From Thermovirgaceae bacterium (GTDB taxonomy: Bacteria; Synergistota; Synergistia; Synergistales; Thermovirgaceae): a DNA stretch of 64,000 bases. Below the pieces are notes generated by a model, which saw nothing but the letters and a program-made list of their open reading frames with translations, was not told where the DNA came from and did no database searches. The position numbers and the translations under genes were made by a program. Shown piece after piece: positions 1-8,575 of the stretch (position 1 is the first letter of the stretch; each line of letters opens with the position of its first letter). Where the stretch lies: assembly GCA_040767805.1 (NCBI GenBank), contig JAXGNU010000001.1, positions 1-64,000 of the forward strand. Direction: 5' to 3'.

Positions 1-5
1 TGTTG

Positions 6-34
6 TTGACAAGCTATCGGGCCACGGGTAAAAT
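6..34 (+). promoter_or_regulatory. sigma70-type promoter for tRNA-Val
   Basis: TTGACA (6-11), 17-bp spacer, TAAAAT (29-34), 11 bp upstream of the tRNA. Confidence 0.85.
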
Positions 35-45
35 TCAACACGCTT

Positions 46-120
46 GGGTGGTTAGTTCAGAGGAAGAACGCTTCCTTGACGCGGAAGAGGTCGCAGGTTC
101 GAGTCCTGCACCACCCACCA
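46..120 (+). tRNA. tRNA-Val(GAC)
   Basis: Cloverleaf: acceptor GGGTGGT/ACCACCC, D stem GTTC/GAAC, anticodon stem CTTCC/GGAAG with loop TTGACGC, T arm GCAGG-TTCGAGT-CCTGC, encoded CCA. Confidence 0.97.
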
Positions 121-185
121 TAGATGATGTGACTTTACCCCGCGTGGCCTTGGTTAGGTTCTCTCGGGGTAATGTATTTTCGGGC

Positions 186-216
186 CCCCTTCCTCTTGGC
201 GGGAGGGGTTTTTTTT
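186..216 (+). terminator. intrinsic terminator downstream of tRNA-Val
   Basis: CCCCTTCC/GGGAGGGG stem followed by T8. Confidence 0.8.
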
Positions 217-357
217 ACCTTCCCCTGGAGGAGGTGAGAACACGGAGCGACCCCAATCCTGTCCTGGAAGATCTGGCCTTGTCCCTGCCCTTTACGGAAA
301 GGAATAAAAAGTCGCGGCTTTTGTCCTATAATCATTTGACGGGCGAGGGGGGACAAG

Positions 358-723
358 ATGATAAAGGGTATAGGTATAGACATGTGCCGTATCTCCCGTC
401 TGGAAAAAGTTCTAAAGAACCCGGCGTTCCTGGAAAAGGTTTTTACCGCAAAAGAGAAGGAGTACGCCCTGTCCAGGTCGGGGAGAGCCAGGCACTTTGC
501 CTCGGCCTTCGCCGCGAAGGAGGCCTTCGCCAAGGCCGGGGGCTGGGGGTTGGGACAGGTGGGTTTGAAGAACGTTTCCCTAGAACGTCGACAAGGCGCG
601 CCGTCCCTGCGCCTCCAGGGCAATGCCGAATCGCTGATGCAGTCCCTGGAAGCCCGAAGCGCCCACGTAAGCGTCACCCATGAAGGTGATTTTGCTGTAG
701 CAGTGGTTGTACTAGAGGGGTGA
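358..723 (+). CDS. acpS: holo-[acyl-carrier-protein] synthase
   Basis: GIGIDM, FAAKEAFAKA and VSVTHEGDFAVA motifs; 121 aa. Confidence 0.95.
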   Translation: MIKGIGIDMCRISRLEKVLKNPAFLEKVFTAKEKEYALSRSGRARHFASAFAAKEAFAKAGGWGLGQVGLKNVSLERRQGAPSLRLQGNAESLMQSLEARSAHVSVTHEGDFAVAVVVLEG

Positions 724-729
724 GCTATC

Positions 730-2277
730 TTGTTCCTCTACAATGCCGAGGATATCAGACAGGCTGACCGGAAGGCCGTGGAACTCCTGGGAGTGCCCCC
801 GGCCATACTCATGGAGAACGCAGGCAGGGGAGTGGCCGATGCCGTCAAGAGATATTTCCCCTCCCTTTCCAGGGTATTGATAGCCTGCGGCGGAGGGAAC
901 AACGGTGGCGACGGCCTGGCAGCCGCCCGGCATCTTTTGAGGGAAGGCTACGTTGTTACGGTTCTCCTTGCGACCAAGGAGGACAATATGACCGCCGAAA
1001 CAAAGACCAACCTCAGGATACTTCGAAACATCGGCTGCCTTCTTCTTCACTCCGAAAGCAAAACTGACAGGGAGCTCACATCGCTGGCGGCCGAGAATGA
1101 CCTGGTCATTGACGGCCTGCTTGGAACGGGTTCCAAGGGCGCCCCCAGGGGGGAGATAGGAAGGGTCATCCGCTCACTGGACAAAGCCGTCCCCGTCGTC
1201 GCGATCGATATCCCAAGCGGGGTCGACCCCTCGACGGGGGAGGTCGAGGGCGAGGCCCTGGCCGCGAAGCTTACGGTGGCGATCCTTGCCCGCAAGATCG
1301 GTCACGAGGTGATGCCGGGAAGGGCCTTCCGGGGCGACCTGGTAACAACGGATCTGGGAGTGGAGGCCGGCCTCCTGTTGCCAGAAGAGGCAAGGGCGGA
1401 ACTGTTGGAACCATCGATGGTTTCGGGACTCTTCCCCCCGCTGTCGCCTTTTCTTCATAAGGGGGACAGGGGAGCCGTCCTCGTTATCGGCGGGAGCGAG
1501 AAGTACCGGGGGGCACCGATACTGTCAGCCCTGGGGGCGCTCATGGGGGGATCCGGCATCGTCATAGCCGCGGTACCGGCCGATTCTCTTCCCTTGTTTT
1601 CTTCTTACCCGGAGATCATCCCCCTGGAAGTCCAAAAGGAAGAGGGGATCATTACCCCCAAGGCCTGGGACAGGATCCTGGATAGGTGGGGGGGGAGATT
1701 CTCGGCCGTCGTGATCGGGCCGGGCCTCGACAGGGGGATCACCCCCCGGGAGTTGGTCCGGAGGGTCTGGGTTGAATGGGAAGGCCCCCTTTGCCTGGAC
1801 GGGGATGCCCTCCATGCCCTTTCCTGCTGCGGAAACCTTGAACCGAGACCCAGCGGGACCGTGATCACACCTCACGAGGGTGAAGCAGGTACCTTGTTAT
1901 CCACGGACAGGGCCCAGGTAGGTCGACAACGCATCAAGTCTGCGCGGGATCTTTCATCCCGATTCGGCGTGACCCTCCTCAAGGGGCCTTGTTCGTTGGT
2001 CTCCGACGGCGGGAGGTTAAGGGTAAATCCCCATATCGTACCGGGCCTTTCGGTACCGGGGTCTGGGGACGTCCTTTCCGGTTTGGTTGGGGCTTTCCTG
2101 GCCATGGGTATCCAGGCTTTCGATGCGGCGGCCGCGGCCGCCTTTGTCCACGGCTCGGCGGGTGAATTCCTCCAGGATCGGAAAGGGCCCCACGGGATCA
2201 CAGCCTCGGAGATCGCCCTCGCCCTCCCTTCCTCCCTGGACCGTTTACCAGCGGCCCCCGGGAGGGATGGGCCATGA
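730..2277 (+). CDS. nnr: bifunctional NAD(P)H-hydrate epimerase/dehydratase (YjeF, NnrE-NnrD)
   Basis: LMENAG, GGGNNGGDG, DGLLGTG, AIDIPSG; C-terminal HKGDRG, IGPGL, TPHEGE, GSGDVL. Confidence 0.95.
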   Translation: MFLYNAEDIRQADRKAVELLGVPPAILMENAGRGVADAVKRYFPSLSRVLIACGGGNNGGDGLAAARHLLREGYVVTVLLATKEDNMTAETKTNLRILRNIGCLLLHSESKTDRELTSLAAENDLVIDGLLGTGSKGAPRGEIGRVIRSLDKAVPVVAIDIPSGVDPSTGEVEGEALAAKLTVAILARKIGHEVMPGRAFRGDLVTTDLGVEAGLLLPEEARAELLEPSMVSGLFPPLSPFLHKGDRGAVLVIGGSEKYRGAPILSALGALMGGSGIVIAAVPADSLPLFSSYPEIIPLEVQKEEGIITPKAWDRILDRWGGRFSAVVIGPGLDRGITPRELVRRVWVEWEGPLCLDGDALHALSCCGNLEPRPSGTVITPHEGEAGTLLSTDRAQVGRQRIKSARDLSSRFGVTLLKGPCSLVSDGGRLRVNPHIVPGLSVPGSGDVLSGLVGAFLAMGIQAFDAAAAAAFVHGSAGEFLQDRKGPHGITASEIALALPSSLDRLPAAPGRDGP

Positions 2278-2819
2278 CCTCCATGGATGGCCCAAAACGG
2301 ATCGAAAAGGGCGGGTTCAGCTTCGTATCATCGAGCCCCGAAGAGACGAGAACCTTGGCGGGACATCTCTCGCGGTACTCCTTCCCTGGCTTGGCTGTCC
2401 TTATCTCTGGAGTCTTGGGGACCGGTAAAACTGAATTTGTCAGGGGTTTCGTCTCATCGATGACCCGGGACGAGGTCAGGAGCCCCTCCTTCACGCTGAT
2501 CAACGAGTACAAGGGCGATATCCCGATCGCCCACGTCGATCTTTACAGGATAGAAAAAAACGCATCGATGGAGATCTCCATCGATGAATACCTCCGCGAA
2601 GGTTTTATTGTCCTTCTTGAATGGCCCGAAAACTGGGATGGAGAAGAGCCCCAAGAGACCTGGAAGATCGAGCTGGCCATGCCGGAAGGCTTTATTCAGG
2701 GTGCCGGAGGGGAAAGCACCCGCTTCGTTAAAGCCGCCTGCTGGGGCGAGGCCGCCTGTCAAGGGCTGGAGCGGTTCATCTCCTGGTTTCGATCGGCACG
2801 GGAGGGGGCCGAAAGGTGA
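2274..2819 (+). CDS. tsaE: tRNA t6A biosynthesis ATPase TsaE
   Basis: GxLGTGKT Walker A, SPSFTL, HVDLYR, EW motif; ATGA overlap with nnr. Confidence 0.93.
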   Translation: MTSMDGPKRIEKGGFSFVSSSPEETRTLAGHLSRYSFPGLAVLISGVLGTGKTEFVRGFVSSMTRDEVRSPSFTLINEYKGDIPIAHVDLYRIEKNASMEISIDEYLREGFIVLLEWPENWDGEEPQETWKIELAMPEGFIQGAGGESTRFVKAACWGEAACQGLERFISWFRSAREGAER

Positions 2820-3514
2820 GGGTGCTGGGTATAGATTGTTCCGCGGGCTGGACCGGGGTCGGCCTTTTCTCGGAAGGTGCCGTTATCGCCGATGTCAACT
2901 TTTTTGCGGGAAGAAAGCAGTCTCATCTTCTTCCTATCCTAGTAGAGGACGTCCTGAAGAGGGCGGGGCTGGGTCTTTCATCCCTGGATGCCGTCGCGGT
3001 GACCGTGGGGCCGGGATCCTTCACGGGGATCAAGGTGGGGCTTTCCTACGCCTGCGCCCTTGCTGAAGGCACGGGGAAAAAAGTTGTGCCGACCTGTTCC
3101 CTCTTGGCTTTGGCCGCGCCCTTCCTGGACGGGATGAGGACGCTGGTGCCCCTGATAAGGGCAAGGAAGGGCCAGGTTTACTTTTCTGTGATCGAGGGCA
3201 AACTAGAGTCACCCCTCATCATCTCGCCGCCCGACATTTCGCCCGTGGGTCGGCTGGCGATAATGGAGGACCTGAACGCCAGGCGCTTCATCTTGGCCGA
3301 TGGGGATCCCCGTTTGCGCCAGGACCTGGCGAGATCAGGGATCCCTCCCTCATTGACGGGCTTTATCAGGGGGGGGACTGTCGCCCTGTTGGGGGCCTTT
3401 TCCCTGGACAAGGCCGTCGACCCAGGGGGAGTGAGGGCTCTTTACATCAGGGAGCCCGATACGGGACCGGTCGGGACGAGGGGATTAAATAAAAAAGTCT
3501 CTGGCCAATCCTGA
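2816..3514 (+). CDS. tsaB: tRNA t6A biosynthesis protein TsaB
   Basis: LGIDCS, GPGSFTGIKVG, C-terminal LYIRE; follows tsaE. Confidence 0.92.
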   Translation: MRVLGIDCSAGWTGVGLFSEGAVIADVNFFAGRKQSHLLPILVEDVLKRAGLGLSSLDAVAVTVGPGSFTGIKVGLSYACALAEGTGKKVVPTCSLLALAAPFLDGMRTLVPLIRARKGQVYFSVIEGKLESPLIISPPDISPVGRLAIMEDLNARRFILADGDPRLRQDLARSGIPPSLTGFIRGGTVALLGAFSLDKAVDPGGVRALYIREPDTGPVGTRGLNKKVSGQS

Positions 3515-3640
3515 TGCTGAAGTGTAACATATTTGCCGTCGAATTCTTTAACAGGAATGGGAATAGGGGGCGGAAGCGGCACGGGAGAAGACTCCCCAGC
3601 CCTTACTTAATGGATCAACATTCAGCAAGGGGAGGGATGG

Positions 3641-3967
3641 GTGATCATGGATTTGATCGGGGAACACCCGATACTCGACTTCAAACACGGGAAGAAGGTT
3701 AGGTTCACCTTCGATGGTGAAGAGTTGGAGGGCTTTGAAGGAGAACCGATCGCCGCTGCCCTTCACGCGAACGGGATCAGGGTTTACCGGTTGACCCCCC
3801 AACGGCGGCAGCCCAGGGGCTTTTTCTGTGCCATCGGTAAATGCTCATCCTGCTTCCTGGTCGTTGATGGAGTGCCCAATGTACGGTCCTGCATCACTCC
3901 GCTGAAGACCGGAATGCGTATCGAAACACAGCGCGACAAGGGCGTCATAGCTATCGATGCAGAGTAG
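3641..3967 (+). CDS. [2Fe-2S] subunit (Fer2_4-like; N-terminal part of a sarcosine oxidase/proline dehydrogenase alpha subunit)
   Basis: GEPIAAAL, RGFFCAIGKCSSC...VRSC cysteine pattern; SD GGAGG at 3631-3635. Confidence 0.88.
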   Translation: MIMDLIGEHPILDFKHGKKVRFTFDGEELEGFEGEPIAAALHANGIRVYRLTPQRRQPRGFFCAIGKCSSCFLVVDGVPNVRSCITPLKTGMRIETQRDKGVIAIDAE

Positions 3968-3973
3968 GGGCAG

Positions 3974-5083
3974 GTGATGAATATGAGGCAGACCGAGGTA
4001 CTAGTCATAGGAGGAGGTCCTGCCGGCCTCAGCGCGTCCCTTGAGGCGGCCTCGCTGGGCTGCCAGGTCACCCTCGTGGACGGCGACTTGGCCCTGGGAG
4101 GACAACTGATCAAGCAAACCCACAAATTCTTCGGATCAAAAGATGAGAGGGCCGGGACGAGGGGGTTCAAAATCTCGGAGATACTTCTCAAGGAACTGGA
4201 AAACCACGGAGACAGGGTCAAGACCCATACCAACTGCACCGCGACGGGTATCTACAAGGAAGACGGGGTCGTCTCCTGCGTCATAGGGGAAGAAGAATAC
4301 TTCCGCATCAAACCGGAAAGGATCGTCGTGGCCACCGGGGCGCAGGAACGCCTCATCCCTTTCCCGAACAATCACCTTCCCGGCGTCTACGGCGCTGGGG
4401 CGGTTCAGACGCTTATGAATGTTTACGGCGTGACACCGGGAAAAAGGGTGCTCATGATAGGCGCCGGTAATATCGGTCTTATTGTCAGTTATCAGCTTAT
4501 CCAGGCTGGCGTGGAGATAGCAGGAATCGTTGAAGCCCTGGACAAGGTAGGAGGGTATTGGGTCCACGCGGCCAAGGTCAGGAGGCTGGGGGTTCCCATT
4601 TTCCTAAGGCATACGATAAAAGAGGCCCTGGGAGACCGAGTCGTGACAGGAGCCCTGATACAGGAGATTGATGATCGGTTCCAACCCGTGGGAGGGGAGA
4701 AAAGGATCGACGCGGATGTCATCTGCATGGCCGTGGGGTTGACACCTACCTGTGAGCTCCTTTGGCAGGCCGGGTGCGAAATGATCTACGTACCCCAACT
4801 ATGCGGGCACGTCGCCCTGAGGGATCAATTCATGAGGACAAGCCTTCCTCACGTCTGGGTGGCGGGTGATGCGGCCGGTATCGAGGAGGCTACCGCCGCC
4901 ATGGTCGAAGGGAGGATAGCAGGGCTTGACGCCGCCAGGTCACTAGGAAAGGGTGACAAGGAGGATCTGGCGAAGCGACTCAAAGGCTTGCAGAGGCGCC
5001 TTGGTGACCTTCGGGGCGGGGAGGTCGGCCAGAAGATCTGCCAGGGCCTTGCTTGTTGCAGCATCCAAGGATGGGGGGCGTGA
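3974..5083 (+). CDS. FAD/NAD(P)-binding oxidoreductase (PdhA/SoxA/HcnB-like alpha subunit)
   Basis: GGGPAG, LGGQL, ATGAxER, second Rossmann IGAGNIG, AGDAAG. Confidence 0.9.
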   Translation: MMNMRQTEVLVIGGGPAGLSASLEAASLGCQVTLVDGDLALGGQLIKQTHKFFGSKDERAGTRGFKISEILLKELENHGDRVKTHTNCTATGIYKEDGVVSCVIGEEEYFRIKPERIVVATGAQERLIPFPNNHLPGVYGAGAVQTLMNVYGVTPGKRVLMIGAGNIGLIVSYQLIQAGVEIAGIVEALDKVGGYWVHAAKVRRLGVPIFLRHTIKEALGDRVVTGALIQEIDDRFQPVGGEKRIDADVICMAVGLTPTCELLWQAGCEMIYVPQLCGHVALRDQFMRTSLPHVWVAGDAAGIEEATAAMVEGRIAGLDAARSLGKGDKEDLAKRLKGLQRRLGDLRGGEVGQKICQGLACCSIQGWGA

Positions 5084-5086
5084 GGC

Positions 5087-5602
5087 ATGGACGAAAAGGA
5101 GAGGTTGTTCAACAGCGGGGTGCTCGTCGCCCCGCGGAAAGGAGCGGTGCGACCCCCGGAGGACCTCTGGCAAAAAAAGAAAAACGGGCTCGTCATCATC
5201 GAATGTCCCCAGAGAATACCTTGCAACCCCTGCCACACAAGCTGCCCTACGGGAGCGGTGAAACCCTTCAAAGATATTAACGATCAGCCGGAGATCGATT
5301 ATGAAAAATGCACGGGCTGCGCGAATTGCGTGGCCATCTGCCCCGGCCTGGCCTGCTTCGTCGTGGACCTCACCTGGGGAGATGAAGACCAGGCGTTGAT
5401 GAAGATCCCCTATGAAATGCTCCCCATACCCCTGGAGGGAGAGATCGTGGACTGCCTTGACAGGGAAGGCAAGGCCATAACCCGCGGGAAGGTCATCAAG
5501 GTCCTTGAACCCCTGCGCGACAGGACAAGAGTCGTTCACGTGGAGGTTCCGAGGTCCTTGGTGATGGAGATCCGCGCGATCAAGGTGGTGAAACAGTCGT
5601 GA
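5087..5602 (+). CDS. 4Fe-4S dicluster ferredoxin subunit (PdhF/gamma-like)
   Basis: CPQRIPCNPCHTSCP and CTGCANCVAICP motifs. Confidence 0.88.
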   Translation: MDEKERLFNSGVLVAPRKGAVRPPEDLWQKKKNGLVIIECPQRIPCNPCHTSCPTGAVKPFKDINDQPEIDYEKCTGCANCVAICPGLACFVVDLTWGDEDQALMKIPYEMLPIPLEGEIVDCLDREGKAITRGKVIKVLEPLRDRTRVVHVEVPRSLVMEIRAIKVVKQS

Positions 5603-5880
5603 ATGAAAGGGAGGCGGAGATCGTCATCTGCCGTTGCGAGGAGGTCACCCTGGGAGAGATCAGAGAATGGATCGATCGGGGTTACCAAACCTTCGACGAG
5701 CTGAAAAGGGTCCTCAGGGTGGGCATGGGACCATGCCAGGGGAGAGGGTGCCGGGAGATAATCTTGAGGGAGTTATCGGTGAAAACGGGAAAACCCGTCT
5801 CCGAGATCCACCCCGGTACTTTCAGGCCCCCCTCCAAACCGGTCAAACTGTCACTTCTAGCCTCTGGCGGAGATACGTGA
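5599..5880 (+). CDS. BFD-like [2Fe-2S] small subunit (PdhX/delta-like)
   Basis: ICRCEEVT...GMGPCQGRGC...RPP. Confidence 0.88.
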   Translation: MNEREAEIVICRCEEVTLGEIREWIDRGYQTFDELKRVLRVGMGPCQGRGCREIILRELSVKTGKPVSEIHPGTFRPPSKPVKLSLLASGGDT

Positions 5881-7031
5881 TGACCTTGAAGAGGACTGCC
5901 GATGTCGTTGTTATCGGGGCGGGGATCCAGGGTTGTTCCATTGCCTATAACCTGGCGAAGTCCGGGATCAAGGATATCGTAGTCCTCGAGAGGAGTACCA
6001 TTTGTTCCGGATCGACGGGAAGATGCGGCGCTGGTATAAGGGCCCAGTGGGGTACCGAGATGAATTGCAGGTTCGGGCTCGCCGCGATAGAGAAGTTCGA
6101 ACAACTACACAAAGAACTGGAGATGGATTGTGGGCTCCACCAGGGAGGATACCTGGTGGTGGCTTTCAAGGAAAGTGAATTCGAGCATCTCAAGGAGAGC
6201 ATCCGGCTTCAGAACAGGCTCGGAATCCACACCAGGACCGTCTCCTACGATGAAGCCAGGGAGATTTGCCCGGGGTTGTCCGCCGAAGATGCCGTGGGAT
6301 TCACCTTCCACGACAGGGATGGTCATGCCGACCCCTTCCTCACTACTTTCGCATACATGGAAGCCGCGAGGAGACTGGGAGTGGAGTTCCAGCGTTTCAC
6401 GGAAGTAAGGGGCATCAAGAATGAAGCGGGGAAGATAACAGGAGTGGATACAAACCGGGGTCAGATCGACGCGCCCGTTGTAGTAAACGCGGCCGGCGGG
6501 CATTCGCAACACATAGCACGGATGGCCGGTGTGACGATACCCAATTCCTCTGAGAGGCATGAGATCCTTATCACCGAACCGGTGGAACCGGGCGTCTGTC
6601 CGCCGATGCTGATCAGTTTCTCGGGGAATTTCTACATCCAGCAGAGGCCCAACGGCTCGATGATCGGCGGGTGCAGCCCTGAGGGCCACCCCCAGGATTA
6701 CAGCCTCGGGGTCACCTGGGATTTCCTTGAGTCCATGTCAAGGACCTTCGTTAAGCTCCTTCCCCGGACCCGGGGTGTCAGGGTTGTAAGGCAATGGTCA
6801 GGCCTTTATAACATGACCCCCGACTGCCAACCGATCTTATGCGAAGCCGACGAAGTGAAGGGGTTTTTCCTTTCCTGCGGCTACTCCGGGCATGGTTTCA
6901 TGTTCGGCCCCATATCAGGGGAGCTCCTCGCTCAGTTGATCCTGGGCCAAGAACCAAGGATCCCCATCGAGATGCTTCATTACAGCAGGTTTGAAAAGGG
7001 GGAACTCTTGGTCGAACCGGCTGTCGTGTAA
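5880..7031 (+). CDS. FAD-dependent amino-acid dehydrogenase, DAO family (PdhB/sarcosine oxidase beta-like)
   Basis: GAGIQG, GSTGRCGAGIR, TPDCQP, GYSGHGF; start moved to ATG 5880 overlapping the upstream stop. Confidence 0.9.
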   Translation: MTLKRTADVVVIGAGIQGCSIAYNLAKSGIKDIVVLERSTICSGSTGRCGAGIRAQWGTEMNCRFGLAAIEKFEQLHKELEMDCGLHQGGYLVVAFKESEFEHLKESIRLQNRLGIHTRTVSYDEAREICPGLSAEDAVGFTFHDRDGHADPFLTTFAYMEAARRLGVEFQRFTEVRGIKNEAGKITGVDTNRGQIDAPVVVNAAGGHSQHIARMAGVTIPNSSERHEILITEPVEPGVCPPMLISFSGNFYIQQRPNGSMIGGCSPEGHPQDYSLGVTWDFLESMSRTFVKLLPRTRGVRVVRQWSGLYNMTPDCQPILCEADEVKGFFLSCGYSGHGFMFGPISGELLAQLILGQEPRIPIEMLHYSRFEKGELLVEPAVV

Positions 7032-7156
7032 CGTCATTCCCTTGCGCTCCGGGTTGGTTGGGCTCAGCCCTCCGGAGGTACATGAAAGAATTGTCTTTAC
7101 TTGCTGATAAATTATGATTTGTAATGCAATATTCAATATATAGATACAAATATGCC

Positions 7157-7185
7157 TTGTGCCGGGCCTCACGAGGTGGCATAAT
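7157..7185 (+). promoter_or_regulatory. putative promoter of the 2-oxoacid:ferredoxin oxidoreductase operon
   Basis: TTGTGC, 17 bp, CATAAT with TGn extension; preceded by an AT-rich tract (7088-7153). Confidence 0.5.
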
Positions 7186-7236
7186 GGTCCAGGGCAAGGA
7201 AGCCGGCGCTGAACGTCTCGGAGGAAGGTGAATTGT

Positions 7237-7452
7237 TTGCCAAAAAAATTTACGGTTACCGTGGATCCCCACTGGTGCAAGGGTTGTGGTTTGTGTCTTG
7301 CCGTTTGCCCTACCAAGGTCTTTGACTTTGACGAAGGGCTGAAGTCGGTACCAACGAGGATGGAGGACTGTATCGGCTGCAAGCAATGTGAGAACATCTG
7401 CCCCGATCTGGCGATCACGGTAGAGGGGGGTGCGGACAGTGCCAAGAGTTGA
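7237..7452 (+). CDS. korD: 2-oxoacid:ferredoxin oxidoreductase delta (ferredoxin) subunit
   Basis: CKGCGLCLAVCP and CIGCKQCENICP; TTG start after AAGGTG (GTG 7228 is the alternative). Confidence 0.88.
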   Translation: MPKKFTVTVDPHWCKGCGLCLAVCPTKVFDFDEGLKSVPTRMEDCIGCKQCENICPDLAITVEGGADSAKS

Positions 7453-8575
7453 ATTCTGGCAAGGGAACGCCGCGATCGCTCAAGGGGCCCTTGCCGCGGG
7501 CTGTCGCTTTTTTGGAGGTTATCCGATAACACCGTCGTCGGAGATAGCCGAAGTCATGGCGGCGGAACTGCCCGCCCATAACGGCCGGTTCATCCAAATG
7601 GAGGACGAGATAGCCGGGATCGCGGCCGCTATCGGTGGATCGGTGGCGGGCTTCAAGGCGATGACCGCTACTTCCGGCCCCGGCTTTTCGCTCAAACAGG
7701 AAAACCTGGGACTCGCCTACATGGCTGAGATTCCCCTCGTCGTCGTGGATGTCATGCGCGGTGGACCCTCCACCGGGCTTCCAACTTCCATAGCCCAGCA
7801 GGACGTGATGCAGGCCCGGTGGGGTACTCACGGCGACCATGCCACCATAGTCTACGCGCCTTCGTCCGTCCAGGAATGTTTCGAGGTGGCCATAAAAGCC
7901 TTCAATATGGCCGAACGGTTCAGGCAACCCGTCCTGATAATGAGTGATGAAGTCCTCGGTCATATGCGGGAAAAGGTCGTCGTTCCCGACAGGGAGGCTT
8001 ACACCATAGTGAACAGGAAAAAGCCCTCCTGCAGCCCCGACGCTTTCATGCCCTACAAGCCCGACCCCGAGGACAATCTCCCCCCCATGGCGTCCTTCGG
8101 TGACGGGTATCGTTGGCACATTACTGGTCTTACCCACAACGAGTGGGGGTTCCCGACGAACTGCCCCGAGGAGATCGCCAAAAAGACGGCCCGCCTAATG
8201 GACAAGGTCAATGCCTATCGCGATGATATCGTCGAATTTGAGACCGAGAGTGTGGATGACGCACGGATCATCGTCGTCGCCTTCGGCAGCGTGGCCCGTA
8301 CCGCTTTAAGCGCCGTCAGGATGGCCAGAAGCAAGGGGCTCAAGGTGGGCTATTTCCGGCCGATCGTGCTCTGGCCGTTCCCCGATAGGGAACTCGAAGC
8401 CCTGGCGGAGAAGGCCGGAAGGTTGATCGTCCCGGAGTTGAATTACGGCCAGATGATCAACGAAGTAGAAAGGTCAGTCCACGGCAAAGCCGGGATCACC
8501 CAGATGAGCCTGGTGAACGGCGAGCTTTTCCAGCCCTCCGAGATCCTGGAGATTATCGAGGAGGTGGCCCGATAA
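7439..8575 (+). CDS. korA: 2-oxoacid:ferredoxin oxidoreductase alpha subunit
   Basis: QGNAAIA, GYPITPSS, EDEIA, ATSGPG, RGGPSTG. Confidence 0.92.
   Translation: MPRVEFWQGNAAIAQGALAAGCRFFGGYPITPSSEIAEVMAAELPAHNGRFIQMEDEIAGIAAAIGGSVAGFKAMTATSGPGFSLKQENLGLAYMAEIPLVVVDVMRGGPSTGLPTSIAQQDVMQARWGTHGDHATIVYAPSSVQECFEVAIKAFNMAERFRQPVLIMSDEVLGHMREKVVVPDREAYTIVNRKKPSCSPDAFMPYKPDPEDNLPPMASFGDGYRWHITGLTHNEWGFPTNCPEEIAKKTARLMDKVNAYRDDIVEFETESVDDARIIVVAFGSVARTALSAVRMARSKGLKVGYFRPIVLWPFPDRELEALAEKAGRLIVPELNYGQMINEVERSVHGKAGITQMSLVNGELFQPSEILEIIEEVAR

Noticed and set aside
3..683. 226-aa plus-strand ORF, and the SD-like GGAGGAGG near 227
   Set aside because: The ORF runs through the tRNA-Val gene, its terminator and acpS in another frame, has no recognisable motifs, and no start codon is properly spaced after the SD-like sequence.
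3641..7031. Hydrogen cyanide synthase (hcnABC) or tetrameric sarcosine oxidase
   Set aside because: The extra 4Fe-4S subunit and gene order fit pdhA-F-X-B better, and there is no folate-binding GcvT-like domain or SoxG/SoxD equivalent.
7153..7196. Nested stem (TGCCTTG/CAGGGCA) as a riboswitch upstream of korD
   Set aside because: It coincides with the best promoter candidate and matches no aptamer I recognise; it would be transcribed only if the upstream promoter is used.
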